Below are positions 18,218 through 27,397 of a stretch of 64,000 nucleotides of DNA, piece by piece. The number at the start of each line of letters is the position of its first letter. The stretch's first letter is position 1. The position numbers and the translations under genes are program-made. The DNA is from an uncultured Thermofilaceae archaeon (GTDB lineage: Archaea > Thermoproteota > Thermoprotei > Thermofilales > B69-G16): the NCBI GenBank assembly GCA_964501905.1, contig CAZCTW010000002.1, positions 67,821 to 131,820 of the forward strand, given 5' to 3'. The notes under the pieces were generated by a model. The model saw nothing but the letters and a program-made list of their open reading frames with translations, had not been told where the DNA came from and did no database searches.

Positions 18218-19473
18218 AAGAATTCGTCTAACTTCTTTATAGTTTTTGGAGGCCCGTGGCTTAATAACCATTCCTTTACTCTATGTGGAGATTTTAGCTT
18301 TTCGAGGATTTCTATAGCCTCTTTATACAGCATTTTTAAATTCAGTAGGTCTTCCTCGCTGTATTTTTGAAGAGGTAGGATTGCGTGGAGAGCGTAGCGT
18401 AGAGCTTTAAGGGCGTGTTCGAGCGTTATATTTCCGAGAGCGTAGTGGCTTAGTATATCCTCTACTTTTAGAAAAGCCTCTCTAGGCCCTTTAGCGAAGT
18501 TTCTCCCTCCGCTAATTGGCGGTGGATTGAAGTTAAGCCTTAAATCCTCCGGTCTATATTTCCGCTTAGCTTTTGTTTCATGAAAAGTTTCCTCGTTTGG
18601 CAGGTATTTCCGAATTTGAGCCTCTATAGGTGTTTTCCTCTTCCTTCTCGTAGACACGGGTCTCGGATAGCCTCCTATTATTTCTATAGCTTTTAGAGCT
18701 AACTCGTCAGCCTCTCCTTCTTTAAAATACTCCCAGGCTCGCTTATGCCTATAACTTCGAGGATCCGTCCAGGAAATATCGAAATCATCTATATCCTCCG
18801 GCGGGAAAATTATACACGACACGTAGAGGAACCTATGAAGACTTAAAGGAGCAGTAAATACTCTTTGAGGATCCATGAGATTCTCTACTTTAATAGATGT
18901 ATCTTCCTCCAGGTTTACCTCGCCTACTGCTCGTTGAACTTTCCTGACTACGTACTCAACTAAGCTATAGGTTAGATCAAGAGGAGGTATTTTGGAGTAT
19001 AATTTTTCAGATATAGCCTTTTCATGCACGTGGACATGCACTCCGCGGCCGGACCACTTTAAGTACACTGACTCCTTAACTCCGTGTTCTTCTAGAATTC
19101 TTATCAGGGCTTTAGCCACTTTTAGCGTCGCTCTCCACCATTCTAACTTACTATCTATATCCCAGGAAGGCGTGCGGGCATATACGTTGCCCGTATAGTC
19201 AAACACATCCTCTTTCAACGTTATCTTTCTGTATAGGTTCGCGGTTGCATAGAAAGCTCTAGGCTTTAATTTTTCAAATTTATTGAGAATAAAATCCACA
19301 TCCTCAGGCTTCGATATCGTTAAGGGCTTCCCCCTATAGTATCTCAACAGTATAGGGCGTCCATCTTCCGTCTGACATTCACAGTGGACAGCAACCCATC
19401 TGCCCCTACAGTATTTAGCTATTTCTCTTTTAACTTCGGGTTTTGCGTAATACTCTAGAACCTTGACGCTCAT
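18214..19473 (-). CDS. Archaeo-eukaryotic primase (AEP) catalytic-subunit-like protein with a C-terminal helical extension (divergent PriS?)
   Basis: AEP motif I SWDIDS, motif II WSGRGVHVHV and motif III MDPQRVFTAPLSLH. There is no CxxC zinc knuckle. About 150 additional C-terminal residues look helical. Confidence 0.6.
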   Translation of the reverse strand: MSVKVLEYYAKPEVKREIAKYCRGRWVAVHCECQTEDGRPILLRYYRGKPLTISKPEDVDFILNKFEKLKPRAFYATANLYRKITLKEDVFDYTGNVYARTPSWDIDSKLEWWRATLKVAKALIRILEEHGVKESVYLKWSGRGVHVHVHEKAISEKLYSKIPPLDLTYSLVEYVVRKVQRAVGEVNLEEDTSIKVENLMDPQRVFTAPLSLHRFLYVSCIIFPPEDIDDFDISWTDPRSYRHKRAWEYFKEGEADELALKAIEIIGGYPRPVSTRRKRKTPIEAQIRKYLPNEETFHETKAKRKYRPEDLRLNFNPPPISGGRNFAKGPREAFLKVEDILSHYALGNITLEHALKALRYALHAILPLQKYSEEDLLNLKMLYKEAIEILEKLKSPHRVKEWLLSHGPPKTIKKLDEFF

Positions 19474-19513
19474 TCGCTATTTTAAACTAAACATGCGTAT
19501 ATGACGGTATCAG

Positions 19514-20566
19514 TTAGAAATCTATTTGTGATTTCTTCAATCTAAAATCCTTAATTTTACCTCTCCACATACTGTCAAACTTTTCCTCTATCTTCTTCTG
19601 TTCTTTTATAAGTTCTAAATTCCAATGCCATACATCTTCGTCCTTGACGAGCATGATTACTCTACTTTTCTCGTCCATGACTTTTATCTTGTAGCCGGTT
19701 AGCTGGGAGATTTTTAAGGCGAAATCTAAGATTTCCTCTATTGTAGGCATAGCTTCTTTAGGCAACCTCTTCTGGCTTTCTCCAACCCACGTATATCCCT
19801 TAAGCTCGACGAACTTGGGATTAGCGTATAATATCAGTTTTGCGTAGCCTTCGGGCTCTACCATATTAAGTCCTTTAACCATGGTCATCCTGAAAACGGT
19901 CCTACATTCGAATTCGTCCATCATGTCTAAGCTATCTAATACTCTCTCCCAGGCATTTGGTATTAACGGCTTACTGGTTTTAACGAATACTTCTTTGTTT
20001 GGCCCATAAACGCTTATGTAGAGGTTTGTAGGCTCAGAATCTTCCATAAGCAATTCCTTAAGCCTGCTCGGTATAGAGCCATTAGTTACTAGAAAAGCCG
20101 TCATACCCCTATCTTTGACTTCCCTTATGAGCTTAGACAGGTAGGGGTACATAGTCGGCTCTCCGTCTAGGCTTATAGCCATATGCCTAGGGAACATAGC
20201 TTCTAGGAAAAGCTCCTTAGGGACTCTAGGATTGCCCTTATAGCCTATAAGAAGTTCTCTCTGAGCTTGTATAACCCCCTCGACTATTTCAACTGGATCA
20301 TCCCAATCGTGAGTTATTTTAAATCTTCCCTCCTCGTGTATACGCCAGCAGAAACTACAGGCGAAATTACAGAAGTTAAGATTAGGAGTCATTTGTACGC
20401 ATCTATGACTGCTAACCCCATACCACCTTTTATAGCATAATCTCCCTCCTTTAAGCGCAGAGCGAGTCCATCTGCAAATTTCGACAGCTGTGTTTTTGCC
20501 AACTAGTCTATAGCCTGCCCTAAGGTATCTGCTGATTTGACGCTCTGTAAACTTACTCTTACCCAT
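19514..20566 (-). CDS. taw1: tRNA 4-demethylwyosine synthase Taw1/TYW1 (radical SAM)
   Basis: CYKRWYGVSSHRCVQMTP and CNFACSFCWR are the two Taw1 cluster motifs. Confidence 0.9.
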   Translation of the reverse strand: MGKSKFTERQISRYLRAGYRLVGKNTAVEICRWTRSALKGGRLCYKRWYGVSSHRCVQMTPNLNFCNFACSFCWRIHEEGRFKITHDWDDPVEIVEGVIQAQRELLIGYKGNPRVPKELFLEAMFPRHMAISLDGEPTMYPYLSKLIREVKDRGMTAFLVTNGSIPSRLKELLMEDSEPTNLYISVYGPNKEVFVKTSKPLIPNAWERVLDSLDMMDEFECRTVFRMTMVKGLNMVEPEGYAKLILYANPKFVELKGYTWVGESQKRLPKEAMPTIEEILDFALKISQLTGYKIKVMDEKSRVIMLVKDEDVWHWNLELIKEQKKIEEKFDSMWRGKIKDFRLKKSQIDF

Positions 20567-20697
20567 ATATCTCTACATTATCAAGGATAGCGTTTAATTT
20601 AAAAGCTACGCTTTCTCCTCAAAGACAGCAACCTTTAGGAGTTAAGTTCTGCGATAATGTTACAATAAAAATAGTGAGTTTTAGTAGCAGGTAGTAT

Positions 20698-21534
20698 TTA
20701 TCTTCCTACAATTTCAATTAATGTTACTTCTGGTGGACAAAAGATACGAACTGGTAGCATTGTTGTACCTAACCCCCTGTTGACGTAAAGAAGCGTATTT
20801 TCGATTTTGAAAAATCCGGAAGAATATTTTCTATACTCCCTACTCACCGGAAGGAATAATGGGCCATAGCCAGGTACGACTACCTGTCCCCCGTGAGTAT
20901 GTCCTGCTAGTACGAGGTGTACATCCCGCTCTGCCGCTTCCATAACTATCTCAGGCGAGTGGGCTAAAAGTATCACGAAACAGTCTGACGTTATGCCTGC
21001 TAAGGCTTTCTCGAGATTAGCTCTACCAGTATGAGGGTCATCGACTCCCACTATGTACAAGCACGCTCCATCCATCTCTATTTTGCCATGAGAGTTAATT
21101 AAAACAGTTACGCCTAAGGATTCTAGTTCGTGTTTTAAATCGTTTAAATCGGCTCCGCTCCAGTGATCCCAATTTCCGAAAACTACGTAAGTCTTCTCTT
21201 TCTGTGAAAGCTTTTTCATAAATTCGTATAATTCATCGAGGTTCTCCTTGTTATCTATTAAATCTCCAGTTACGACTACGATATCTGGGTTTAATCTCTC
21301 GATAACGCTTAACGCCAGTCTTTCCCTATTCCCTATCCCGTGAAGGTGTAGATCCGATAATTGTACTATCTTCAACTTTAGCCCCTTAGGGATTTTCTCA
21401 GTTTCCACAACTATTTTCTCGACTTTTACCGAGTAAGGTTCCACCAGGAAAGCGTACAGAACGAGACCAATCAATATTACCAATAAAAGTCCTAGAATTC
21501 TTTTAAGTAAAAAAGGGTTATTTCTTCTCTTCAA
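20698..21534 (-). CDS. Membrane-anchored metallophosphoesterase (YkuE-like)
   Basis: N-terminal TM helix, then the motifs SDLHLH, GDLID, GNWDHW and GHTHGGQ. It overlaps the upstream SPFH gene by 17 nt. Confidence 0.85.
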   Translation of the reverse strand: MKRRNNPFLLKRILGLLLVILIGLVLYAFLVEPYSVKVEKIVVETEKIPKGLKLKIVQLSDLHLHGIGNRERLALSVIERLNPDIVVVTGDLIDNKENLDELYEFMKKLSQKEKTYVVFGNWDHWSGADLNDLKHELESLGVTVLINSHGKIEMDGACLYIVGVDDPHTGRANLEKALAGITSDCFVILLAHSPEIVMEAAERDVHLVLAGHTHGGQVVVPGYGPLFLPVSREYRKYSSGFFKIENTLLYVNRGLGTTMLPVRIFCPPEVTLIEIVGR

Positions 21535-22411
21535 ATCCTAATATCCTCCTGAAAGGCTTCATCATTTCCATAATCTCCATGGGCAGTATGATCTTAGTTG
21601 ACTGACTAGCCGCTATATCCTTCCAAGCTTCTAGGTACTGCAGAAGCAGCGTTTTATCGTCTAATGCTTTAGCCGCTTCGTTTATCTTAGATAACGCTAT
21701 AGCCACTCCCTCAGCTTTCAGTATAGCCGCCTGTTTTTCTCCTTCGGCTTTTAGTATCGCGGCCTGTTTTTCTCCTTCAGCTACTCTTATCGCGGATTCC
21801 TTCTTGCCGTCGGCTTCCAGAATCATAGCCCTTCTATTACGCTCGGCGCTCATCTGCCTGATCATAGCTGCTTGCACTTCTCTGGGAGGTAGTATCTCTC
21901 TTATCTCAACCGCTGTTACTTTCACTCCCCACCTCTCGGTGACTTCATCTAGCTTAGTTCTCAGTATGGAGTTTATTTTTTCCCTTTGAGCTAAGACTTC
22001 ATCTAGCGTTAAGTCTCCAACTACTGCCCTTAAAGTCGTAGTTGCTATGCCAGTAGCCGCTCCTTCGAAGTTCGAGACGGAGACAACGGTTTTCTCGGGG
22101 TCGAAAACCTTGAAGTATACGAGAAAATCGATATCTACTGGCGCATTATCCTTGGTGATACAGGTTTGTCTCTCAACTTCTATGTATCTCTCCCTTAAGT
22201 CAACTTTTATTCCTTGGTCTATGATCGGTATTAGGAATACTGGCCCTGGACCTTTAACTCCTATTACCCTGCCTAACCTAAGCACTACTATACGCTCGAA
22301 TTGAGGAATTATTTTAAGAGAAGTTGCCAAGAAAGCGGCGAAGAGCACCAATAGGAATACGATTAGAATTGCCTCAGCTATCATTGATCTGTTAATTTCT
22401 CCTACATTCAT
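21518..22411 (-). CDS. SPFH/Band 7 (stomatin/prohibitin-like) membrane protein
   Basis: N-terminal TM helix and an SPFH core (IVPQFERIVVLRLGR...). The C-terminal coiled coil has AEGEKQAAILK repeats. Confidence 0.9.
   Translation of the reverse strand: MNVGEINRSMIAEAILIVFLLVLFAAFLATSLKIIPQFERIVVLRLGRVIGVKGPGPVFLIPIIDQGIKVDLRERYIEVERQTCITKDNAPVDIDFLVYFKVFDPEKTVVSVSNFEGAATGIATTTLRAVVGDLTLDEVLAQREKINSILRTKLDEVTERWGVKVTAVEIREILPPREVQAAMIRQMSAERNRRAMILEADGKKESAIRVAEGEKQAAILKAEGEKQAAILKAEGVAIALSKINEAAKALDDKTLLLQYLEAWKDIAASQSTKIILPMEIMEMMKPFRRILGFEEKK
21714..21779 (-). repeat. Near-perfect 33-nt tandem duplication inside the SPFH gene, encoding AEGEKQAAILK twice; degenerate further copies extend to about 21845
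   Basis: gctttcagtatagccgcctgtttttctccttcg is followed by gcttttagtatcgcggcctgtttttctccttca. The repeat is in frame and coding. Confidence 0.7.
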
Positions 22412-22423
22412 AAATTTATTCTT

Positions 22424-23653
22424 CTAAGCCGCTTTACGCACTACCAAAGATAGACCCTTTATGTCGACTACTTCTACCTTCTCGCCCTCGTCTATCTCTT
22501 CGGCGAAACTATAAGCCGTCCACTCCTCGCCTTCTACTAGGACTACTCCCTTTTCTCTAGGAGTTATCTTGGTTTTCGCTACTCCGATTTTACCTATTAG
22601 AGCTTCGCGAAGAGAAGGAGTCGGCGTCTTCAAGATTTTACCTATCTTAAACCCCATGTAGGCGACTATCCCAGAGATCAGAAACAGGAGTGGGATTACT
22701 ACATCAAAGTACGCGCTGGGACCAACATAGGGTTGTTGCCAGTATGCCAGGTATACCGATAAGATGATCATAATCACGCCTAGAAAGCCGAAAAATTGCA
22801 AACCTGGATAAGCGAGCTCTGCTACTAGGAAAGCTATACCCGATAGTAAAATCGCCGCTATGAGAGTATCCAATCCCAGCAGTCCTAGACCGTATACGCC
22901 AGCAGCTATTAAAAGAAAACCCGCTATCGCTAAACCCTGAAAACCCGTTATAGTCAACTCCACGTAGATAGCCAATATCCCAACCATTATCAAGAGTACT
23001 GCTACGGCCGGGTCTCCTATTAGAGAGAGCATTTCCTCGACTAAGCCCGGTTTTAGCTCTATTATTTCGTAGTCAGTTAAGCCTTCGGATTCGAGAATAT
23101 CCTTTAACCTCTCAGCTCTTCCATCGGCTATACCTAACTCGTGCGCTTCTTCGCCAGTTAAAGCTCTATTCTTAGTTACGAACTCCTCCGCTATGGATAC
23201 TCTAGGATCAGCGGGAGAATATTTCTCCTCGGCCAAAGCCCTAATCCAAGCCACCGTGAAATTTAACGTTTTAGGATCAGCGGGTCGAGGTTGAGCAGCA
23301 CCCATTACAGAACTTCGGGAAACGTATAGTTTCTCGGCCGATAGTGCTATGAAAACACCAGCTGATCCCGCTTTGCCGCCTGGGGGAATCCACACTATTA
23401 GCTTGCCTGGATATTCCTTAAGCATTCTGATAATATCGCTGAGCGGCGATAAGTAGCCTCCTTGAGTATCGAGTACTAAGATTACGGGATTTGGTTCAGC
23501 TATCTGCAAGCTCCTTTTTATATAATCAGCTACTCCTCTATCTATAATTCCCCTCAGTTCTAGATAAGCCACTCCTTTATCGTAGGCATAGATTGGAAAC
23601 AGTATCGGTAAAAACATTAGAAACAGAATCGTAATAGACAGTAGCTGCTTCAT
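22424..23653 (-). CDS. NfeD-family membrane-bound ClpP-class serine protease (stomatin operon partner)
   Basis: Signal/TM segment, a ClpP-like N-domain, about 5 TM helices and a C-terminal NfeD OB domain (GVVLVEGEEWTAYS...VEVVDIKGLSLVVRK). Confidence 0.85.
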   Translation of the reverse strand: MKQLLSITILFLMFLPILFPIYAYDKGVAYLELRGIIDRGVADYIKRSLQIAEPNPVILVLDTQGGYLSPLSDIIRMLKEYPGKLIVWIPPGGKAGSAGVFIALSAEKLYVSRSSVMGAAQPRPADPKTLNFTVAWIRALAEEKYSPADPRVSIAEEFVTKNRALTGEEAHELGIADGRAERLKDILESEGLTDYEIIELKPGLVEEMLSLIGDPAVAVLLIMVGILAIYVELTITGFQGLAIAGFLLIAAGVYGLGLLGLDTLIAAILLSGIAFLVAELAYPGLQFFGFLGVIMIILSVYLAYWQQPYVGPSAYFDVVIPLLFLISGIVAYMGFKIGKILKTPTPSLREALIGKIGVAKTKITPREKGVVLVEGEEWTAYSFAEEIDEGEKVEVVDIKGLSLVVRKAA

Positions 23654-23695
23654 CTAAATGATAATAGAAATTTAAGCTCTTATAAATTTGAGGGA

Positions 23696-24877
23696 TCAAC
23701 CAGTAGCCATCCTAGCGACTAAATCGTAGATGGATTCTAGTTGAACCCTAAGAGCTTTAGGCAGTTTCTCTAGCCCTACATCAATGAAGCCTCGGACTAT
23801 TATGGATATAGCCTCTTCCTCGTCGAATCCTTTAGTCATTAAATAGTATAATTCCTCATCGGATATTCTCCCTATCGCCGCCTCGTGGGTTAGTACAGCG
23901 CCCGGTTTTTTCGATTCAAGCACGGGAATAGCTCTTATCAATGCTTTATTCGAAAGTTGTAGTCCTTTACACTCTAGGTGTCCTCTCACACCTTCTGAGT
24001 GCCCTCTTAGGTACCCTCTCATCACGATACGGGATTCGTCTCGGGCTATACTCCTCGACACGATTTCGCCGCTAGCACCCTCCTCCTCCAAGATAATATC
24101 TACGCCTAAATCCATAAAACTAGCGTCCCTGCCCACTATTACCGATGAGTAATAAGCTTTGGCATTCCTCTTTAAAATGATCCTAGGAGTGGCTTCTATG
24201 AACCTGACTGGCTTCATGTTCACATAGTAGGAAACCAGATTCCCTCCCTCATTCACAACTACTCCGGTTCTAGGCCTCACTTGGGATTCCGAGCTCCATC
24301 CGTGAACCATTATATATGTTAAACTGGCCTTTTTGCCTATGTACATCTCGGTTACTCCTATGTGTATGACTTCTCCTCTTAGAGCCGCACACGCAGTATT
24401 TATAGTTAGATCTGCGTAATCATCTACTACTATCACGTTGTGAACAGCTTGTCCTACACCGCTCGAAGATATGAGGAAGCAAGCCTGTAGCGGGAATTCC
24501 ACCTTTACACCTTTAGGCACATAGAGAAATACTCCGTGCCTGCCGTAAAGCTCGGCCGCGGCAGTATATTCATCATGGTCCACTGGTAAGGCCTGCCAGT
24601 AGAACTTCCTAAAGGCGGGATTTTTAAGGGCGTCGCTTAAATCCATGAGGATTACTCCTTTCCTTTGCAACTCCTTAGCTACGGCTAGACGTATAACGTT
24701 GTTGTCAACTTGGAGATAAGACCCTCCTACTTTCCTCTCTTCTATCTTCACGCCAAGCCCTTCTATTAGACGCGTAGACGCTTTGACGGAGGAGGTTTTC
24801 TCGAAATCGAAATCTTCCAGCGATAACCCCTTCTCTTTTAGAAGTTTTTGTGCCCGCTTTTTGTAGATGTCCATCAT
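23696..24877 (-). CDS. Fe-S cluster assembly protein, SufB/SufD family
   Basis: Beta-helix SufBD core blocks (HNVIVVDDYADL, LECKGLQLS, AIPVLE...THEAAIGRISDEELYYLMTKG). It overlaps the sufC stop by 4 nt. Confidence 0.85.
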   Translation of the reverse strand: MMDIYKKRAQKLLKEKGLSLEDFDFEKTSSVKASTRLIEGLGVKIEERKVGGSYLQVDNNVIRLAVAKELQRKGVILMDLSDALKNPAFRKFYWQALPVDHDEYTAAAELYGRHGVFLYVPKGVKVEFPLQACFLISSSGVGQAVHNVIVVDDYADLTINTACAALRGEVIHIGVTEMYIGKKASLTYIMVHGWSSESQVRPRTGVVVNEGGNLVSYYVNMKPVRFIEATPRIILKRNAKAYYSSVIVGRDASFMDLGVDIILEEEGASGEIVSRSIARDESRIVMRGYLRGHSEGVRGHLECKGLQLSNKALIRAIPVLESKKPGAVLTHEAAIGRISDEELYYLMTKGFDEEEAISIIVRGFIDVGLEKLPKALRVQLESIYDLVARMATG

Positions 24878-25578
24878 GTAGTAAACCTCCTATAACCCTC
24901 CTTGGCTATAATCTCATAAACCTCCTCGAATTTACCCCTGTAAACTATTCTACCGTCTATCATAACGGACGCTCTATCAATTCTCTTCATTTTCCAAGCT
25001 ATGAAACCAGTATGGGAAACCACTAACACCGTACACCCATTTTTTATTAGCTTATTTATAGCGCCTGCCACCAACTCCATGCTATCTAAGTCTACGCCGC
25101 TATCCGGCTCGTCGAGCATAGCTAGTTTAGGTTTCTGAAGAAGCACAATCCCTAATTCCGCTCGTTTAGATTCTCCCCCGCTAAAGCCGTTGTGAAGCTT
25201 TCTGTGGAGCAAGTTTTCTAAATGTAGCCCGGATAACTCGTCTAGACGGCTCCTGTATTTTCTAGCCATGAGCTTTGCTACGTATTGAAATCTAACTTGG
25301 AGCGGAGGAGGAGTTTGATAAGCTAAGGCTATTCCCATTCTCGCTCTTTCGTAAGCTTTTTTACTAGTTATGTCTTCGCCTTCAAATAGTATACTGCCTT
25401 TCTTAACTTCGTATTTAGGCAATCCCATTATAGCTCGGAGTAGGCTAGACTTCCCGGCGCCGTTAGGGCCGAAGAGAAAGTGGACTTCGCCCTTTGCAAG
25501 CGAGAAATCCTCCACGTGTACTACTTCTCGCCCGTCTACGCCTACGACTAGATTCTTTAACTTTAACAGCGTACTCAT
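24874..25578 (-). CDS. sufC: Fe-S cluster assembly ATPase SufC
   Basis: Walker A GPNGAGKSS, signature FSGGESKR and Walker B LAMLDEPDSGVD. Confidence 0.9.
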   Translation of the reverse strand: MSTLLKLKNLVVGVDGREVVHVEDFSLAKGEVHFLFGPNGAGKSSLLRAIMGLPKYEVKKGSILFEGEDITSKKAYERARMGIALAYQTPPPLQVRFQYVAKLMARKYRSRLDELSGLHLENLLHRKLHNGFSGGESKRAELGIVLLQKPKLAMLDEPDSGVDLDSMELVAGAINKLIKNGCTVLVVSHTGFIAWKMKRIDRASVMIDGRIVYRGKFEEVYEIIAKEGYRRFTT

Positions 25579-25662
25579 TCAGCTCAATGTCTTTGAGAGC
25601 ATCTGGATATAAAAAATTGTTCTGCTCCGATATGCTAAAATAGATTATCGAGATAGGAAAAT

Positions 25663-26337
25663 GTGTACACGTTTAAGGGATTGTACATAGGCAGGTTAGC
25701 CTACTCTGGCTTCGTAGTGTTAACTGGTTCTACTTCTATAGTTTTGGACCCTATAACCTGTTATTTTAATAGGAGCATAAGATACGAAGAGGATTTGGTC
25801 GAGAAAACTATATCCTATCTAGAGCTGGTCCCGAGGCCTATATTCGTCTTGTTAACGAGTAAGGAGTACGTTGATATTAAAATTCTCGAAAAACTACAGA
25901 TGCACTACGCGGCTAAAGTTTATGCATCCCGAAGCTCCTGTAGACTCCTCGCCGAGAACTCGAAAATTCTCACTTCTTTAAACGAGGTTAAAGTTGGAGA
26001 CGTTGTAAAGCTAGGAGATTTCATAGTTGAAGTCTATTCTGGAGGAGAGGAATCTCTTAGTTATCTAGTTAGGGGGTGGGGGAGAACAATCTACTTTGCC
26101 GGGAACCAACGCTCCCGCTGGCCTAAATTAAAGGTTAACGCAGTCGCTCTGCCAATTTATCTCTATGAGGAAGAACCGGAAATTTTTGAAGAAGCATTGA
26201 AAAACATTGAGTACGAGAAAATCGTACTCTCACATGTGGACATTCAGCGCCACTTCTGCCTTGTTAGAAAATTAAAGGAGATTTATGGAAGAAAACTGCT
26301 GGTTATCGAGAATTTCTCTGAGTTTACGAAGATTTAG
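25663..26337 (+). CDS. Hypothetical protein, possibly a degenerate metallo-beta-lactamase fold
   Basis: The beta-rich pattern (YSGFVVLTGSTSIVLDPIT) resembles the MBL N-terminus, but no HxHxDH motif is present. GTG start. Confidence 0.4.
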   Translation: MYTFKGLYIGRLAYSGFVVLTGSTSIVLDPITCYFNRSIRYEEDLVEKTISYLELVPRPIFVLLTSKEYVDIKILEKLQMHYAAKVYASRSSCRLLAENSKILTSLNEVKVGDVVKLGDFIVEVYSGGEESLSYLVRGWGRTIYFAGNQRSRWPKLKVNAVALPIYLYEEEPEIFEEALKNIEYEKIVLSHVDIQRHFCLVRKLKEIYGRKLLVIENFSEFTKI

Positions 26338-27247
26338 CTGGTCCTTCTGCGATTACTGTCTCCACTATTTGAGAACAGGAATATAGCATATCCCTAAAGC
26401 AGAGATTAAGAAAAGATGCACTTAGACTCACAACCTCATCTATTTTCAGAGATGCCATCATCTCCTGAATATCACTCGCGATTCTTTCAGCTAACTCTAC
26501 GTTATTGCCTAGGTAAGCTTCTCTAGTCTCCTGGGCTATCGAGAGAATTTTGTTTAAGCTTCTCATAACTCCTTCCCAATCCAAGTTCTCTTTCTGACTC
26601 AAAGTTAACATAAATGCCGCTCGAATAGCTGCATTCGCAAGCATTTTGAGAGCATCGGATACTATAAATACCTGTTTGTAATCTTCCCGATTTAGAACTC
26701 TAATTAGCAACGCATAAGTTTTGCGGACATCTTCTTCGATAAACCTAAAGTTTTCAAGATACTCTGCACCGGCCTCCTTAGTTAGAGCTAAATCGTACTC
26801 TACAACTCCAAGCGCTAACGAGAACATTTTATCTACTAATTCCTCGATTCTAGCTCTACCTATAGAAGCCCTTAAGAGAATTTCCCTTGGCTTCTGGTAT
26901 ACGACCTCTAATCCATAGAGGTTGTTAACAGAGTTCCTCACGGCGCTGGCTACCCAGGGAGGAAGTATCCTATTAGAGTAAAGAATAATTTCCTCGTAAC
27001 CTGCTTTGTAAAGTGCCCGAATCATGCTTGGTAATAGTTTAGAGTTTTTGATAGTGTCAATATTTATTCTCCGCTTTTTAAAAGGGGTCTTAACCTCGAT
27101 TTTACGGGGGAAAATTCTAAGTTCTTCTCCTTCAATTTTTAAGACGATTACATCTCCTTCTTTGAGGTTGAGCTTTTGAACCCAGTTTTTCGGTAGAGAA
27201 ACCACATAACTGGATTTGCCTAGTTTAATGATTTTACGGGTTTCCAC
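26324..27247 (-). CDS. AbrB/SpoVT-domain plus PhoU-domain transcriptional regulator (archaeal PhoU-like)
   Basis: N-terminal KLGKSSYVVSLPKNWVQKLNLKEGDVIVL is an AbrB swapped-hairpin. It is followed by helical PhoU-like repeats. Confidence 0.8.
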   Translation of the reverse strand: METRKIIKLGKSSYVVSLPKNWVQKLNLKEGDVIVLKIEGEELRIFPRKIEVKTPFKKRRINIDTIKNSKLLPSMIRALYKAGYEEIILYSNRILPPWVASAVRNSVNNLYGLEVVYQKPREILLRASIGRARIEELVDKMFSLALGVVEYDLALTKEAGAEYLENFRFIEEDVRKTYALLIRVLNREDYKQVFIVSDALKMLANAAIRAAFMLTLSQKENLDWEGVMRSLNKILSIAQETREAYLGNNVELAERIASDIQEMMASLKIDEVVSLSASFLNLCFRDMLYSCSQIVETVIAEGPAKSS

Positions 27248-27266
27248 GGGATTTTAGATTACGTCG

Positions 27267-27288
27267 AAGTATATATTCGTATATACTT
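27267..27288. promoter_or_regulatory. Perfect 9-bp-arm palindrome AAGTATATA-ttcg-TATATACTT covering the TATA region of the AbrB-PhoU gene
   Basis: Read directly from the sequence. The left arm lies 20 nt upstream of the start at 27247, and the TATATA cores sit at about -25 and -35. Confidence 0.4.
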
Positions 27289-27344
27289 TAACTAGCTGGA
27301 AAATCCCGAAGTTTCAACTCTCTTGATTTTAGGTAGAACTATTA

Positions 27345-27394
27345 TCAGTCAATCAAGCTTTCTTCACAACTCAAGCACCAGAAACCTTCATCAT
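27345..27394 (-). ncRNA. Candidate C/D box sRNA (2'-O-methylation guide)
   Basis: The minus strand reads C box AUGAUGA (27394-27388), then a 12-13 nt guide, D' UUGA, a 3-nt spacer, C' GUGAAGA, a 12-nt guide AAGCUUGAUUGA and D box CUGA (27348-27345). Total length is 50 nt. It begins 3 nt after the stop codon of the PLD-like gene. Confidence 0.5.
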
Positions 27395-27397
27395 CTA

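Noticed and set aside
21714-21845. Tandem 33-nt repeats considered as a possible CRISPR or minisatellite
   Set aside because: There are no spacers, and the repeats are in frame inside the SPFH gene, encoding an 11-residue coiled-coil repeat.
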